64,000 nt of DNA from an uncultured Muribaculaceae bacterium (GTDB lineage: Bacteria; Bacteroidota; Bacteroidia; Bacteroidales; Muribaculaceae), in contig CAXHRO010000004.1 in assembly GCA_964018905.1 (NCBI GenBank), forward strand, positions 28,950 to 92,949. Reading direction: 5' to 3'. The notes beneath the pieces were generated by a model. The model searched no databases. It was not told where the DNA came from and saw only the letters and a list, made by a program, of their open reading frames with translations. Position 1 is the stretch's first letter. Each line of letters opens with the position of its first letter. Shown here piece after piece: positions 35,632 through 45,606 of this stretch. The translations under genes and the position numbers were made by a program.

Positions 35632-36594
35632 ATGGACATACTCTCATCCTCCAGAGCCTTAGAACTAAAATCACCATGGTTCTCGATCATAACATGCTCG
35701 TACAACCGTTCACACACCCTTGACCGATGTTACAAAGCTGTCAGAGATCTCAAACTACCTCAGGACGAATACGGGAATCCCGTCACATTTGAATGGATTA
35801 TTGTCGATGACGGGTCGACCGATGATACCGCCGGCAAAGTTGAGAAATGGATCAAGGAAGACAGCATACCGGTAATCTACATCCGTCAGCCCAACAAAGG
35901 CAAACATGTAGCGTCCAACAACGGAATAAGCCGGGCCAGAGGGTATGCGGTCATTGAATACGACTCCGACGACATCATTATGCCCGACGCACTACTCGCC
36001 ATGTATAATACATGGCAGTCATTGCCGCCCGAAGAGCGGCCCACAATCAAAGGCGTAACAGGACGTTGCATCGACTCGAGAGACGGCAAGATGATCGGTA
36101 AGCCGGTGCCATACGAGCCATTCATCGTATCTCCCCAGGATATGAGATTCAAGTTTCATATTGATGGAGAGATGTTCGGATTCACATTACGCAGCATCAT
36201 GCTCGAGCATCCATACCCCGTATTTGACGGCTCAACGAAGTTCTGCCCTGAAAGCATCGTTATCTTTGAAATAGGAAAACGCTATCGGGAGGCCGTAATA
36301 AACACCCCGATAAGAATATACACAATAGGGAACAGCGATGCCATAACCTCCGGAGGATCACGCAACAGAGCACCTCAGAACTATCATCTCTGGAAGTACG
36401 AGGTCAACAATCTTGTCTCCCGATACATCTTAAGGTCACCCATATCCATGATGAAAGCAGTCGTAGGCATATCCATGGACGGGTTCCGTACCGGACGCTC
36501 CATCCGCACCATAATCAAAGATGTCGCCAGCATGAGAATGAAACTCCTTGTAGCGGCATTCATTCCTGCCGGTTATATACTGTCAATACGATAG
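35632..36594 (+). CDS. Glycosyltransferase family 2
   Basis: FSIITCSYNRSHTL, IIVDDGSTDDT, and the DxD motif EYDSDD. Confidence 0.8.
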   Translation: MDILSSSRALELKSPWFSIITCSYNRSHTLDRCYKAVRDLKLPQDEYGNPVTFEWIIVDDGSTDDTAGKVEKWIKEDSIPVIYIRQPNKGKHVASNNGISRARGYAVIEYDSDDIIMPDALLAMYNTWQSLPPEERPTIKGVTGRCIDSRDGKMIGKPVPYEPFIVSPQDMRFKFHIDGEMFGFTLRSIMLEHPYPVFDGSTKFCPESIVIFEIGKRYREAVINTPIRIYTIGNSDAITSGGSRNRAPQNYHLWKYEVNNLVSRYILRSPISMMKAVVGISMDGFRTGRSIRTIIKDVASMRMKLLVAAFIPAGYILSIR

Positions 36595-36703
36595 GACAAA
36601 CACAATAAACAGACATCAGGTCTCGTTTACTATTAAGGTAAAACTTCTACCGCCCATGACGGTCGCTCATGACTGCAATTTAATCACATTCATTCAACCG
36701 ACA

Positions 36704-37510
36704 ATGAAGATTCTAAAAAGCCTTATATTCATTACACTTGCCATTGCCATAGGCAGTTGCTCGTCAAAAAACCAACTTGCATATTTCAAGGATCTGCCGT
36801 CCGACCGTACAGAGATCATAACCCAGAACATTGACATCGACTACTCCCTTAAGATACAGCCCGACGATGAACTGCTGATAACGGTGACATCTCTTGAACC
36901 TACAGCGACATCAATGTTCAACCTTCCAATGGCCAATGTCGCCACACGCGGAGAGCAACAGGTAACAGGCAACGTAGCCATGCAGACATATATTGTCGAC
37001 AAGAACGGCGATATCCGGTTCCCTATGTTAGGACAGTTGCATGTGGCCGGACTGTCAACCGGTGAGCTCACCGAACTACTCATACGTAAGATATCGCCCG
37101 AGGTCGAATCGCCTATGGTACGTGTTGAAATAATGAATTTTGCCATCAATATACTCGGTGATGTCAAAACTCCCGGACGACATCCAATCAACCGAGAGTC
37201 GGTCAACCTGCTTGACGCCCTTGCCATGGCCGGAGACCTGTCGGAGTTCGGCTCTCGAAACAACATATTGCTCATAAGACGTGAGGGCGACAAGACCATA
37301 TATCACCGATTCGACCTGCAGGACTCCAAGACTCTCAACACCCCATATTTCTACCTGAAACAGAACGATGTGATTTATGTAGAGCCTGATAAAGTACGCG
37401 CCGACAACGCCAAATACAACAGCAACAACTCGTTCAAGCTGAGCGTCATATCCACAATCGTAAGCACCGTATCTGTAATCGCCTCACTTGCAATAGCATT
37501 AACACGATAG
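36704..37510 (+). CDS. wza: Polysaccharide export protein (Wza-like, Poly_export + SLBB)
   Basis: Lipoprotein-type signal (AIAIGSCSS), the PDDELLITV motif, and an SLBB-like segment GDVKTPGRHPI. ATG at 36704 preferred. Confidence 0.8.
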   Translation: MKILKSLIFITLAIAIGSCSSKNQLAYFKDLPSDRTEIITQNIDIDYSLKIQPDDELLITVTSLEPTATSMFNLPMANVATRGEQQVTGNVAMQTYIVDKNGDIRFPMLGQLHVAGLSTGELTELLIRKISPEVESPMVRVEIMNFAINILGDVKTPGRHPINRESVNLLDALAMAGDLSEFGSRNNILLIRREGDKTIYHRFDLQDSKTLNTPYFYLKQNDVIYVEPDKVRADNAKYNSNNSFKLSVISTIVSTVSVIASLAIALTR

Positions 37511-37514
37511 CACC

Positions 37515-39773
37515 ATGACAAAGGAAGAAAACAAGCAACACTCTTCACTCATCAATATCCCGCAACTCATCAATACCTACCGTCACAACTGGAAGTGGGT
37601 GGCGGTATCGGTTCTTGCATTCCTTGCCTTAGGCATTCTTGTATATAAGAAACAGATTCAGACATGCGAGGTCTCAGCGCAGGTACTCATATCGGATGAA
37701 GGCAGTAAAGCCATGTCGTCACTCGGCGAGATGGCAAGCATGTTTAGCGGAGGTTCATTCGGGAGCAATCGTTCGGTTGAAGACGAGATGGTAATAATCA
37801 AAGCCCACTCTCTGCTTAAAGAGACAGTGGAGAAGCTTAATATGAACGTCAGCTATACCGTAAAGAAAAACATTCTAAAACAGAATAATGCATACTATGA
37901 CCAGCCGGTAAAGCTCATTTATGACAAGAATATCGCCGACACACTGGGCAATACCCTGACATTCAAGATTAAAGTAGACGAAGACGGCAACACCGATATA
38001 ATCGTAAAAAACATCAAGAAAAAGATTGTCGCCCGTACCGAGAACGCGACACTGCCCCTTACACTGAATACCCCCTACGGTTCATTCACATTAGTCAAAG
38101 GCAACGGATTCATACCCGATGAAGAACTTGACGAGACTATTTTTCTGACCAGCTACGACCAGGCGGCCCTGGCTCTCAACAAGCTCATAACCGTCAGCTA
38201 CTCAGCCAAACGAACCGACATAATGTCGCTCTACTACATAACAACCGACGCACGCTTTGGCAAAACCGTCATTGACACCCTGATAAACAACTATAACAAT
38301 ATCACGATCGAACAAAAAAGAGACTTCAACCGAAAGACCCTACAGTTTCTTGAAGACCGCATAGCCATCCTGTCGGCCGAGGTCGACTCTACCCAGGCTC
38401 AGGTCGAGGCTTTCATGGGACGTCGTGACCTGGTAAACCCTCAGGCTCAAGCCGGCATATACATCCAGCGCACATCGGTACAGGAAGTAGAGCTTGTAAA
38501 AGCCGAGGCCGAATATGAACTGTTGACAATGGCAATCGATTTCCTCAGCAACGAAGCCAACAACACAGCCATGTTGCCCATAATGCCGTCGACAGCAAGC
38601 CTTACACCCCTTATCGAAGGCTACAACCAGCTTATTCTCAACCGCCTCACCATCGAATCAAGCGCCAAGGGGAACAACATGGCATTAAAAGCCATCAACG
38701 CACAGATATATGCGGTACGCGACAACCTGCTGACAGCACTAAACAAACAGGCCGAGACAGCCAATGTAGAAATCACAGAGATGCGGCGTCAGTTTGCCAA
38801 AACCAAAAAACGCCTTGACACCATGCCCGAGATCGAACGGGAATATGTCAACCTCACTCGTCAGCAGTCGCTTAAAGAACAACTGTATGTATATCTCCTG
38901 CGCCAACGTGAAGAGACAGAGATGGCGATCGCCGGCGCACATCCGCGCGGTGTCATCATCGATCAGGCATTCATCACCGATTCGGTTCTCGGGATGTCAC
39001 CCAAACTCATACTCGCGGTCTTCATCCTACTGGGCCTTGCCTTTCCGGCAGTACTAATACTTGCCAAATGGCAGATAAGCAGATATATACCTACAACCAA
39101 TCAAGCTCATGACATCTCGGGAGGGAAGGAAATCATTGCCAATGTTTCGGAAAATCATGCTCCTGACAAAAACATACTGACCGATCCGGAATCAGACATC
39201 TCACAACAAATCAGACTATTGCGTAGCAATATCCTTTCATTGGACAATCTTCCATCAAAAGCAAAGATCGCAATAATGGGAAGCCTGAAAGATCAGGATA
39301 CATCATGGCTCTCCCTAAACCTTGCCATATCCATGGCTCTGACCGGAAGAAAAACTGCCATTATTGACGCCAATCCATTTGTTGACGGATTGAAAAACCT
39401 CATCAGCCCGATCAATACCGCGTCCGACAAGCCCGGCTGTAATATTCTGACACACGGCCGGATGGACTTAGACAAATCCACCAGGATTGACATCTATTCA
39501 TTAACCAAGAACAATAAATTCGGTGACGACAATCTGGCATCAATCGGTTTTGCATCAGAAATCAACGAAATATCGGACAACTATGAAATAGTGATCCTAT
39601 CAGGACCATCCATTGACAATCACTACGTCTCGGTTGAAACCATATACAGCCTTGCCGACATTTCGCTTATAACCTTATCGGTCGACAAGACTCTGAAGAA
39701 AACATTCAATAAACTTTCAGTCCTCAAAAACAACAATACATTTATCATTAACATAAAAGAGCATATCAACTAA
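37515..39773 (+). CDS. Wzc/GumC-like chain-length-determinant protein with a degenerate (probably inactive) BY-kinase domain
   Basis: N-terminal Wzz domain with TM helix, long periplasmic coiled coil, and a second TM. The C-terminal domain aligns to BY-kinases, but Walker A reads GSLKDQDTS, Walker B reads IVILSGPS, and there is no C-terminal Tyr cluster. Confidence 0.75.
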   Translation: MTKEENKQHSSLINIPQLINTYRHNWKWVAVSVLAFLALGILVYKKQIQTCEVSAQVLISDEGSKAMSSLGEMASMFSGGSFGSNRSVEDEMVIIKAHSLLKETVEKLNMNVSYTVKKNILKQNNAYYDQPVKLIYDKNIADTLGNTLTFKIKVDEDGNTDIIVKNIKKKIVARTENATLPLTLNTPYGSFTLVKGNGFIPDEELDETIFLTSYDQAALALNKLITVSYSAKRTDIMSLYYITTDARFGKTVIDTLINNYNNITIEQKRDFNRKTLQFLEDRIAILSAEVDSTQAQVEAFMGRRDLVNPQAQAGIYIQRTSVQEVELVKAEAEYELLTMAIDFLSNEANNTAMLPIMPSTASLTPLIEGYNQLILNRLTIESSAKGNNMALKAINAQIYAVRDNLLTALNKQAETANVEITEMRRQFAKTKKRLDTMPEIEREYVNLTRQQSLKEQLYVYLLRQREETEMAIAGAHPRGVIIDQAFITDSVLGMSPKLILAVFILLGLAFPAVLILAKWQISRYIPTTNQAHDISGGKEIIANVSENHAPDKNILTDPESDISQQIRLLRSNILSLDNLPSKAKIAIMGSLKDQDTSWLSLNLAISMALTGRKTAIIDANPFVDGLKNLISPINTASDKPGCNILTHGRMDLDKSTRIDIYSLTKNNKFGDDNLASIGFASEINEISDNYEIVILSGPSIDNHYVSVETIYSLADISLITLSVDKTLKKTFNKLSVLKNNNTFIINIKEHIN

Positions 39774-39780
39774 ATACAAA

Positions 39781-41013
39781 ATGAACCATAGGCTTGTCAT
39801 AATAACAATACTTGCCTCAGTCGGCTTTTTCAATTTTCACAACACGTTTAATTCGCCGATATGCCGACTCATGTTCATTTGTATGGTTATATTATGTCTT
39901 ATAACTGCGATAAAACAACAATCGGTCAGACTACTTGACTGTAAATTTCCCAGATTGCCTTGGTTTATATTTATGTGTGGGTTAATAGTATCCACATTCA
40001 TGGCCTCTTTTTTCCACCCACAATCACTCCAGACCTCAATTATCGCCCAGTCTACAGTAATAGTTGCATTCAGCTTTTTTTTCGTATTATTAAAATTAAA
40101 TCCCGACCCCGATAAACTAATCAAATCCTTTTTTTATTTAGCAGGATGTTCCATATTGGTCTATTTTGTCAACCTGGCCTCTTTCCCCAACAACATTTTT
40201 GGAGAACCTATAATATCTGAAGACACATCCCGAGGTATGATCCGCATACTCATTCCTCTGTTTCAGATAATAATATTACTCATTTTTTACTCCATAAACC
40301 AATGGCAAATAACAAAGTCCAAAAAATGGTTGCTGTTTTTAGGCATAGGAGGAGTTATGATAATACTTTCCCTCACACGTCAGATAATGGCAATAATGTT
40401 TATATTGTGCTTCTTTCAAATCCTGCATAAATATAGCCTATCTAAGAAAATCATAGTCGGTGTGATCCTATTGTCATCAGTATATGTAATATTCACCAAC
40501 CTGCCTATATATAAAGATATTAAAGAATTAACCGAAACTCAGATAGACTCATCGGTCAATAAGCAGGAAGAGGATGTGCGTGTTGGAGCCTGGCGATACT
40601 ACAGCTACGAAGCCAATGATAATATCGCGACATTCCTTCTCGGCAACGGAACTCCATCTCTTGGAAAAAGTGTATGGGGTAAACAGTTTGACATATATAC
40701 CTCTAAAGAGAACTATTACATTGGCGATGTCTCATGGGCAAGTTGCATTTTCCTATATGGTATTATTGCTACCATAGCATTGCTATGTATTGTTATTCTC
40801 GCAATATTCAAGCCCAAGAAGGCCGATCAACAATATCTTACATATTACATGATCTGTGTACTACTTCAAGGAATAGCATCCGGAGTATGGTTTTATTTTA
40901 ATGAACTGGACATAACCATGATCGTCTTATATATGATTTACCGAGATAACAATCAAGGTATCCTGTCAGCAAACGGCACACATACGGGCAAACCACAATT
41001 TATAACCGAGTGA
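39781..41013 (+). CDS. wzy: O-antigen polymerase/ligase-like (Wzy-type) polytopic membrane protein
   Basis: 410 aa with about 10 predicted TM helices and one larger loop. AT-rich gene located between wzc-like and wzx. Confidence 0.55.
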   Translation: MNHRLVIITILASVGFFNFHNTFNSPICRLMFICMVILCLITAIKQQSVRLLDCKFPRLPWFIFMCGLIVSTFMASFFHPQSLQTSIIAQSTVIVAFSFFFVLLKLNPDPDKLIKSFFYLAGCSILVYFVNLASFPNNIFGEPIISEDTSRGMIRILIPLFQIIILLIFYSINQWQITKSKKWLLFLGIGGVMIILSLTRQIMAIMFILCFFQILHKYSLSKKIIVGVILLSSVYVIFTNLPIYKDIKELTETQIDSSVNKQEEDVRVGAWRYYSYEANDNIATFLLGNGTPSLGKSVWGKQFDIYTSKENYYIGDVSWASCIFLYGIIATIALLCIVILAIFKPKKADQQYLTYYMICVLLQGIASGVWFYFNELDITMIVLYMIYRDNNQGILSANGTHTGKPQFITE

Positions 41014-41023
41014 TTATTATTTA

Positions 41024-42475
41024 ATGGAGCGTTCTATTAAATATAATTTTACGTTTAATCTAATCAACACACTGGTTGGAATACTCTTCCCTATTGTCAC
41101 TTTCCCATATATCGCACGTATACTTGACCCGGATGGAATAGGTCTTATCAACTTCTATCAGTCAATCATTTCCTACATCACGTTATTCAGCAGTCTTGGT
41201 ATTGCGTTATATTCGGTAAGAGAACTATCTCGGATAAGAGATGACAAAGATCTGCTTAGCCAATATTTCACCGAGATAATAACACTTCATCTGATACTGG
41301 TTTTCGTCGGCTACATCGTGGTAGGCATATTATGTCTTACAGTCGAACAGATACATATCGAATACAAGATATTCCTGATACTGAGTGTCTCGATTTTTTT
41401 CAATGCAATCGGGGTCACCTGGTTTTATCAGGCTATTGAAGACTTTAAATTCATCACTATCAGATCGGTAACAATCAAAATACTATCTGCGATAGGACTA
41501 TTCCTGTTTGTCAAGACCAAGGATGATCTCATAACCTATGCTTTTATACTACTGTTTTCAGATGCCGGTAACAACGTACTTAATTTACTAAGATTACGTA
41601 TCCACATAAACCTGCATAATATTAAAATCAAGCAACTTAAAATATTCAGGCACATCAAGCCTGCCTTAAAAATATTCTCACTGAATGTGATAGTAAGTCT
41701 ATACCTGCAGATGTCTCCTCTTCTTTTAGGTTTTATGACAAGCAATACCGTAGTCGGATACTTCTCGGCAGCATCACGCATACAGACAGCACTGCTTTCA
41801 ATTGTCACAGCCCTCGGGACGACTCTGTTGCCACGCATGTCCTACTACTTCAGTACAGGCGACACGAAACGTTTTAACGAGACTCAAGAGAAAGGGCTTT
41901 CTTTTATCATCATGCTCACACTTCCTCTGGTCGTGGGACTGATCATGACCTCCGATGAACTTATTCCTATTTTTGCAGGTCCCGAATTTTATCCGGCGAT
42001 ACCTACTCTTAAAATCATTTCATCAACAATCTTTCTTATAGGGATATCGGGAATAGTAGGTATGCAGATACTATATCCTCAATGCCTTGAAAACATTGTC
42101 ATTAAAGCAACCTCCTTGGGAGCAGCCATATCCATTGCCGTCAGCCTGGCATCTATTCCATATTTCAAACAGAACGGGGCAGCCATTGGATTCCTTTCAG
42201 CCGAGTTCACCGTGACAGTCTCGATGCTAATTATAGGAAGAAAACATCTCAATTATAAATTTTTTAACACCGACAATCTTAAAGTTGCACTATCGACGGC
42301 AGTCATGACTGCATGCGTTTATCTGGTTGATTTTATAGCATCCGATTCAGTCATAACATCTTTCATAATCAAAGTCATGGCTGGTATTGTCTCTTATTTT
42401 GTAACATTAGCACTCACCAGACACAATATGGTGAATTCATTAAAAATGATTTTCCTCCGAAAAAACCGAACATGA
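41024..42475 (+). CDS. wzx: Oligosaccharide flippase (Wzx, MOP superfamily)
   Basis: 483 aa with about 12-14 TM helices. The N-terminus NLINTLVGILFPIVTFPYIARILDPDGIG is typical of polysaccharide biosynthesis flippases. Confidence 0.75.
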   Translation: MERSIKYNFTFNLINTLVGILFPIVTFPYIARILDPDGIGLINFYQSIISYITLFSSLGIALYSVRELSRIRDDKDLLSQYFTEIITLHLILVFVGYIVVGILCLTVEQIHIEYKIFLILSVSIFFNAIGVTWFYQAIEDFKFITIRSVTIKILSAIGLFLFVKTKDDLITYAFILLFSDAGNNVLNLLRLRIHINLHNIKIKQLKIFRHIKPALKIFSLNVIVSLYLQMSPLLLGFMTSNTVVGYFSAASRIQTALLSIVTALGTTLLPRMSYYFSTGDTKRFNETQEKGLSFIIMLTLPLVVGLIMTSDELIPIFAGPEFYPAIPTLKIISSTIFLIGISGIVGMQILYPQCLENIVIKATSLGAAISIAVSLASIPYFKQNGAAIGFLSAEFTVTVSMLIIGRKHLNYKFFNTDNLKVALSTAVMTACVYLVDFIASDSVITSFIIKVMAGIVSYFVTLALTRHNMVNSLKMIFLRKNRT

Positions 42476-43302
42476 ATAGCAACGATATTGAAATTATGGT
42501 ATGTTGCCATAAACCCGACTATTACTGCGACCAACCCGGATATCTGCCGATACATGTAGGTCGGGAAATATCCACATGCCCATTACCTATGCTCGGCGAT
42601 GACACCGGAGATAATATCTCCCGATACAATGCCAACTATTGTGAACTCACAGCCCACTACTGGTATTGGAAAAACAGGGTGTTCCCCAAATACATAGGGC
42701 TATGCCATTATCGACGATATTTTGCATTTGACAAAAAATATCGCTATGGAATGTCATGTTACAATATTACCGAAGACATAATACGAGAAAAGCCGCCTGT
42801 AATTCCCGACATCAACGATATAATGGCCGGTACCGACATCATATTGGCAGCTCCCGATAACTTTTACCATTCCTTAAGAGCCAACTACACAATGAGTCAC
42901 ATCAAAGAGGATCTTGATATATTGGAAAACTGTCTGCTTGAACTTTATCCCGTATACAAGAACACCTGGTACAATGTCATGTGTAATAATAACAAACTAA
43001 GCCCCTACAACATGTTCATAACAAGAAGTGAGATTTTTAACGACTATTCCAAGTGGCTTTTCTCAGTTCTGTTTGAAGTAAACAAACGTATAAATATATC
43101 AACGTATCCATATCAGGCACGTGTTTTCGGGTACATGTCAGAACGTTTATTAAATGTATATGTCTTTCACAATAGCCTCCGCGTCAAATATATGCCGATA
43201 TACAAGGTTTGCGAGACCGGGAATCGTCCATACTACCGAAATTTCTATACCACACTAAAGAAAGACATCATAAGCAAAATAATCATACGAGACAACCATT
43301 AA
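42472..43302 (+). CDS. DUF4422 domain-containing protein (putative glycosyltransferase)
   Basis: MVCCHKP...IHVGRE...GDDTGDNIS...YCELTAHYWYWKN is the DUF4422 signature. ATGA start/stop overlap with wzx. Confidence 0.75.
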   Translation: MNSNDIEIMVCCHKPDYYCDQPGYLPIHVGREISTCPLPMLGDDTGDNISRYNANYCELTAHYWYWKNRVFPKYIGLCHYRRYFAFDKKYRYGMSCYNITEDIIREKPPVIPDINDIMAGTDIILAAPDNFYHSLRANYTMSHIKEDLDILENCLLELYPVYKNTWYNVMCNNNKLSPYNMFITRSEIFNDYSKWLFSVLFEVNKRINISTYPYQARVFGYMSERLLNVYVFHNSLRVKYMPIYKVCETGNRPYYRNFYTTLKKDIISKIIIRDNH

Positions 43303-43303
43303 A

Positions 43304-44239
43304 ATGAAATATGTCGCTATCATAATTCTGCAATATGGAAACGCAAAGTCCACGATTGAATGTATTACAAGTGTGGAGAGATTCAACTCATACCCCGTCA
43401 AATACATCATCATAGATAACGCATCACCACTCGACCAGACATCCGAAACCGAAAAAAATCTATTGGACCGGTTTGGGAACTCACTGCTCGTTGTCGGAGA
43501 CAAGTATAAGATCAGCAACAAATTACCCAAAGCGACATATTTAAAATCAGATATAAACGACGGATATGCAAGAGGCAACAACAAAGGATTGGAATTAGCC
43601 TATCAGGATGATGAAACCGAGTATATCCTGATACTTAATAACGATATCTTATTTGTCGAAGATATCATACCGTCACTTGTCGACGATATCGAACACATTA
43701 AAGACTGCGCATTGATATCCCCACTTTTATTAAAAAAAGATCTTCGGGAGATTGACAACAACTGTGCCCGCAAAGAAATATGCTTTACCGATATGCTCAA
43801 GTTCAATCTTCTTGTTCTCAAAGACACAAAGAAAATGAGGCAAAAACGTATATATGACATCAGATACATGTCCGGTATATACAACGTACAGCTGGTCTCG
43901 GGAAGTTGCATTCTATGCAGAAAAAAATTATTTGAACAAATCGGCAGCTTCGATCCGGGCACATTCATATATTATGAAGAAGACATCCTGTGGAAAAAGA
44001 TTAAACGACTGCAACTCTACAACTATGTCGATTCCAACCTTCGATGTATCCACATCGGAGCATCAACAATCGGGAAACGCTTGTCCAGGTACCTGTTGAA
44101 ACGCTCGTTTGAAAGCCAACGCTATTATGTAAGCCGATATCTGCCACATGGCAAAGCCAAACAAGCGTTACTCAGAATAACCCAGATATGGGTATCCACA
44201 CTATTATCAATCAGACAATTCAAATTATGGAAACGATAG
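43304..44239 (+). CDS. Glycosyltransferase family 2
   Basis: IIILQYGN, YIIIDNASP, GYARGNNKG and LILNNDI motifs. Confidence 0.8.
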   Translation: MKYVAIIILQYGNAKSTIECITSVERFNSYPVKYIIIDNASPLDQTSETEKNLLDRFGNSLLVVGDKYKISNKLPKATYLKSDINDGYARGNNKGLELAYQDDETEYILILNNDILFVEDIIPSLVDDIEHIKDCALISPLLLKKDLREIDNNCARKEICFTDMLKFNLLVLKDTKKMRQKRIYDIRYMSGIYNVQLVSGSCILCRKKLFEQIGSFDPGTFIYYEEDILWKKIKRLQLYNYVDSNLRCIHIGASTIGKRLSRYLLKRSFESQRYYVSRYLPHGKAKQALLRITQIWVSTLLSIRQFKLWKR

Positions 44240-44577
44240 AGATCAACCGGCTGGAGATACGGGCCCGGCATGGCGTAGGCGAGCAGGAACGTGTTGTAGG
44301 CAATATCTTTCTTGTCGACGTCCATCTTGATGTCGATCTGTCACGCGCCATGGTTAGCGACAATGTTGACGACACCATCAGCTATGCTATTGTCATAGAC
44401 TTGATAAAGCACGAAATGTCAATCCCATCGGCGCTTCTTGAAAATGCAGTCTGGCGCATACGACAAGCCATTACCACTGCTTTTCCAACCGTAACGGGCG
44501 GTATGGTACGCCTGGCCAAGGTCACACCTCCTGTACCCGGTAAGATCGGATCAGCGGCTGTCGTCACACGGTGGTAA
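44227..44577 (+). CDS. folB: Dihydroneopterin aldolase
   Basis: IEINRLEIRARHGVGEQERVVGNIFLVDVHL...DDTISY is the FolB signature. ATG at 44227 overlaps the GT2 stop by 13 nt. Confidence 0.8.
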   Translation: METIEINRLEIRARHGVGEQERVVGNIFLVDVHLDVDLSRAMVSDNVDDTISYAIVIDLIKHEMSIPSALLENAVWRIRQAITTAFPTVTGGMVRLAKVTPPVPGKIGSAAVVTRW

Positions 44578-45478
44578 CCTCGGCCTGAGACGACCGGCTT
44601 TTGAAAAAGCCGCCCGCAATAACCAGCATCACCGATATCATTATGAGTACCAGACCGGTCGTATCGCGTCCGGTAAGTTGCTCATTGAATACCAGTACAC
44701 CACATAAAACAGCGGTAACCGGCTCAAATACACCAAGTAAAGCTACCGGTGTCGATCCAATACAGTGAATAGCCACAGCGGTACATATCAGAGAGATCGC
44801 AGTGGGCAACAATCCCAGTGCGATCACATTCATCCACAATGAGTTGTCAACCGGCATAGTAACCGCTCCCTTTGCTACAGCCGGAACAATAAAAATCACC
44901 GAACCGAACAGTAACAGATAGAAAGTCATACGGTTAGACGGCATTGTCGCCAATACCGAGCGGTTAATGCCTACAAGAACGACGGCATAGGACAGAGCCG
45001 ATGTCATCACCCATGTGACACCGACAGGGTCAAGCGTAGCACCCGGCTTACCATTGTACAACAATACGAGCCCGGCTCCTGCTGTAACAAGACAAATACC
45101 TGTCAGCCAAGTAAATCGTTCACGATACACTACAGTCATTATCACTGCGACCATCAACGGGTAGACAAACAGCATGGTCGAGGCGATGGATGCCTCCATG
45201 CAGTTATAGCTCTCGAAAAGCGACAAGGAGGAATAACCCATCAACAACCCCATTACAATCAATGGGATAACCTCTTTCCGACGCAAAAACAGACCGTCTC
45301 CGCTCAACAGCGCCACGATCGCCACAATAGGAATTCCGGCGAGATACCTGAACAGCAATACCGAGTTGGCATCCATGCCATCGGCATATAACGGCAAGGC
45401 AAACAACGGATTAAGGCCATAAGTAGCGGCCGCTACAACACCAAGCGAATATCCCTTTACATTTTTACCTAAAGTCAT
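44564..45478 (-). CDS. DMT superfamily (EamA-like) transporter
   Basis: About 10 TM helices in two EamA-like halves. ATG at 45478 preferred. Its 3' end overlaps folB by 14 nt (convergent). Confidence 0.7.
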   Translation of the reverse strand: MTLGKNVKGYSLGVVAAATYGLNPLFALPLYADGMDANSVLLFRYLAGIPIVAIVALLSGDGLFLRRKEVIPLIVMGLLMGYSSLSLFESYNCMEASIASTMLFVYPLMVAVIMTVVYRERFTWLTGICLVTAGAGLVLLYNGKPGATLDPVGVTWVMTSALSYAVVLVGINRSVLATMPSNRMTFYLLLFGSVIFIVPAVAKGAVTMPVDNSLWMNVIALGLLPTAISLICTAVAIHCIGSTPVALLGVFEPVTAVLCGVLVFNEQLTGRDTTGLVLIMISVMLVIAGGFFKSRSSQAEVTTV

Positions 45479-45572
45479 GACATATTTCTTTTTAAGCCTG
45501 CAAAGGTATACAAAATTCACCGTATTAAATCAAAAAACTGTCTTAATTTGTTGGTACACGGGATAAAAATCG

Positions 45573-45580
45573 TAACTTTG
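45573..45580 (+). promoter_or_regulatory. -7 promoter box TAACTTTG
   Basis: Exact TAnnTTTG, 27 nt upstream of the rnz ATG. Confidence 0.45.
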
Positions 45581-45606
45581 TTAAAAATTAAGGAGCTTCG
45601 AAGCAA

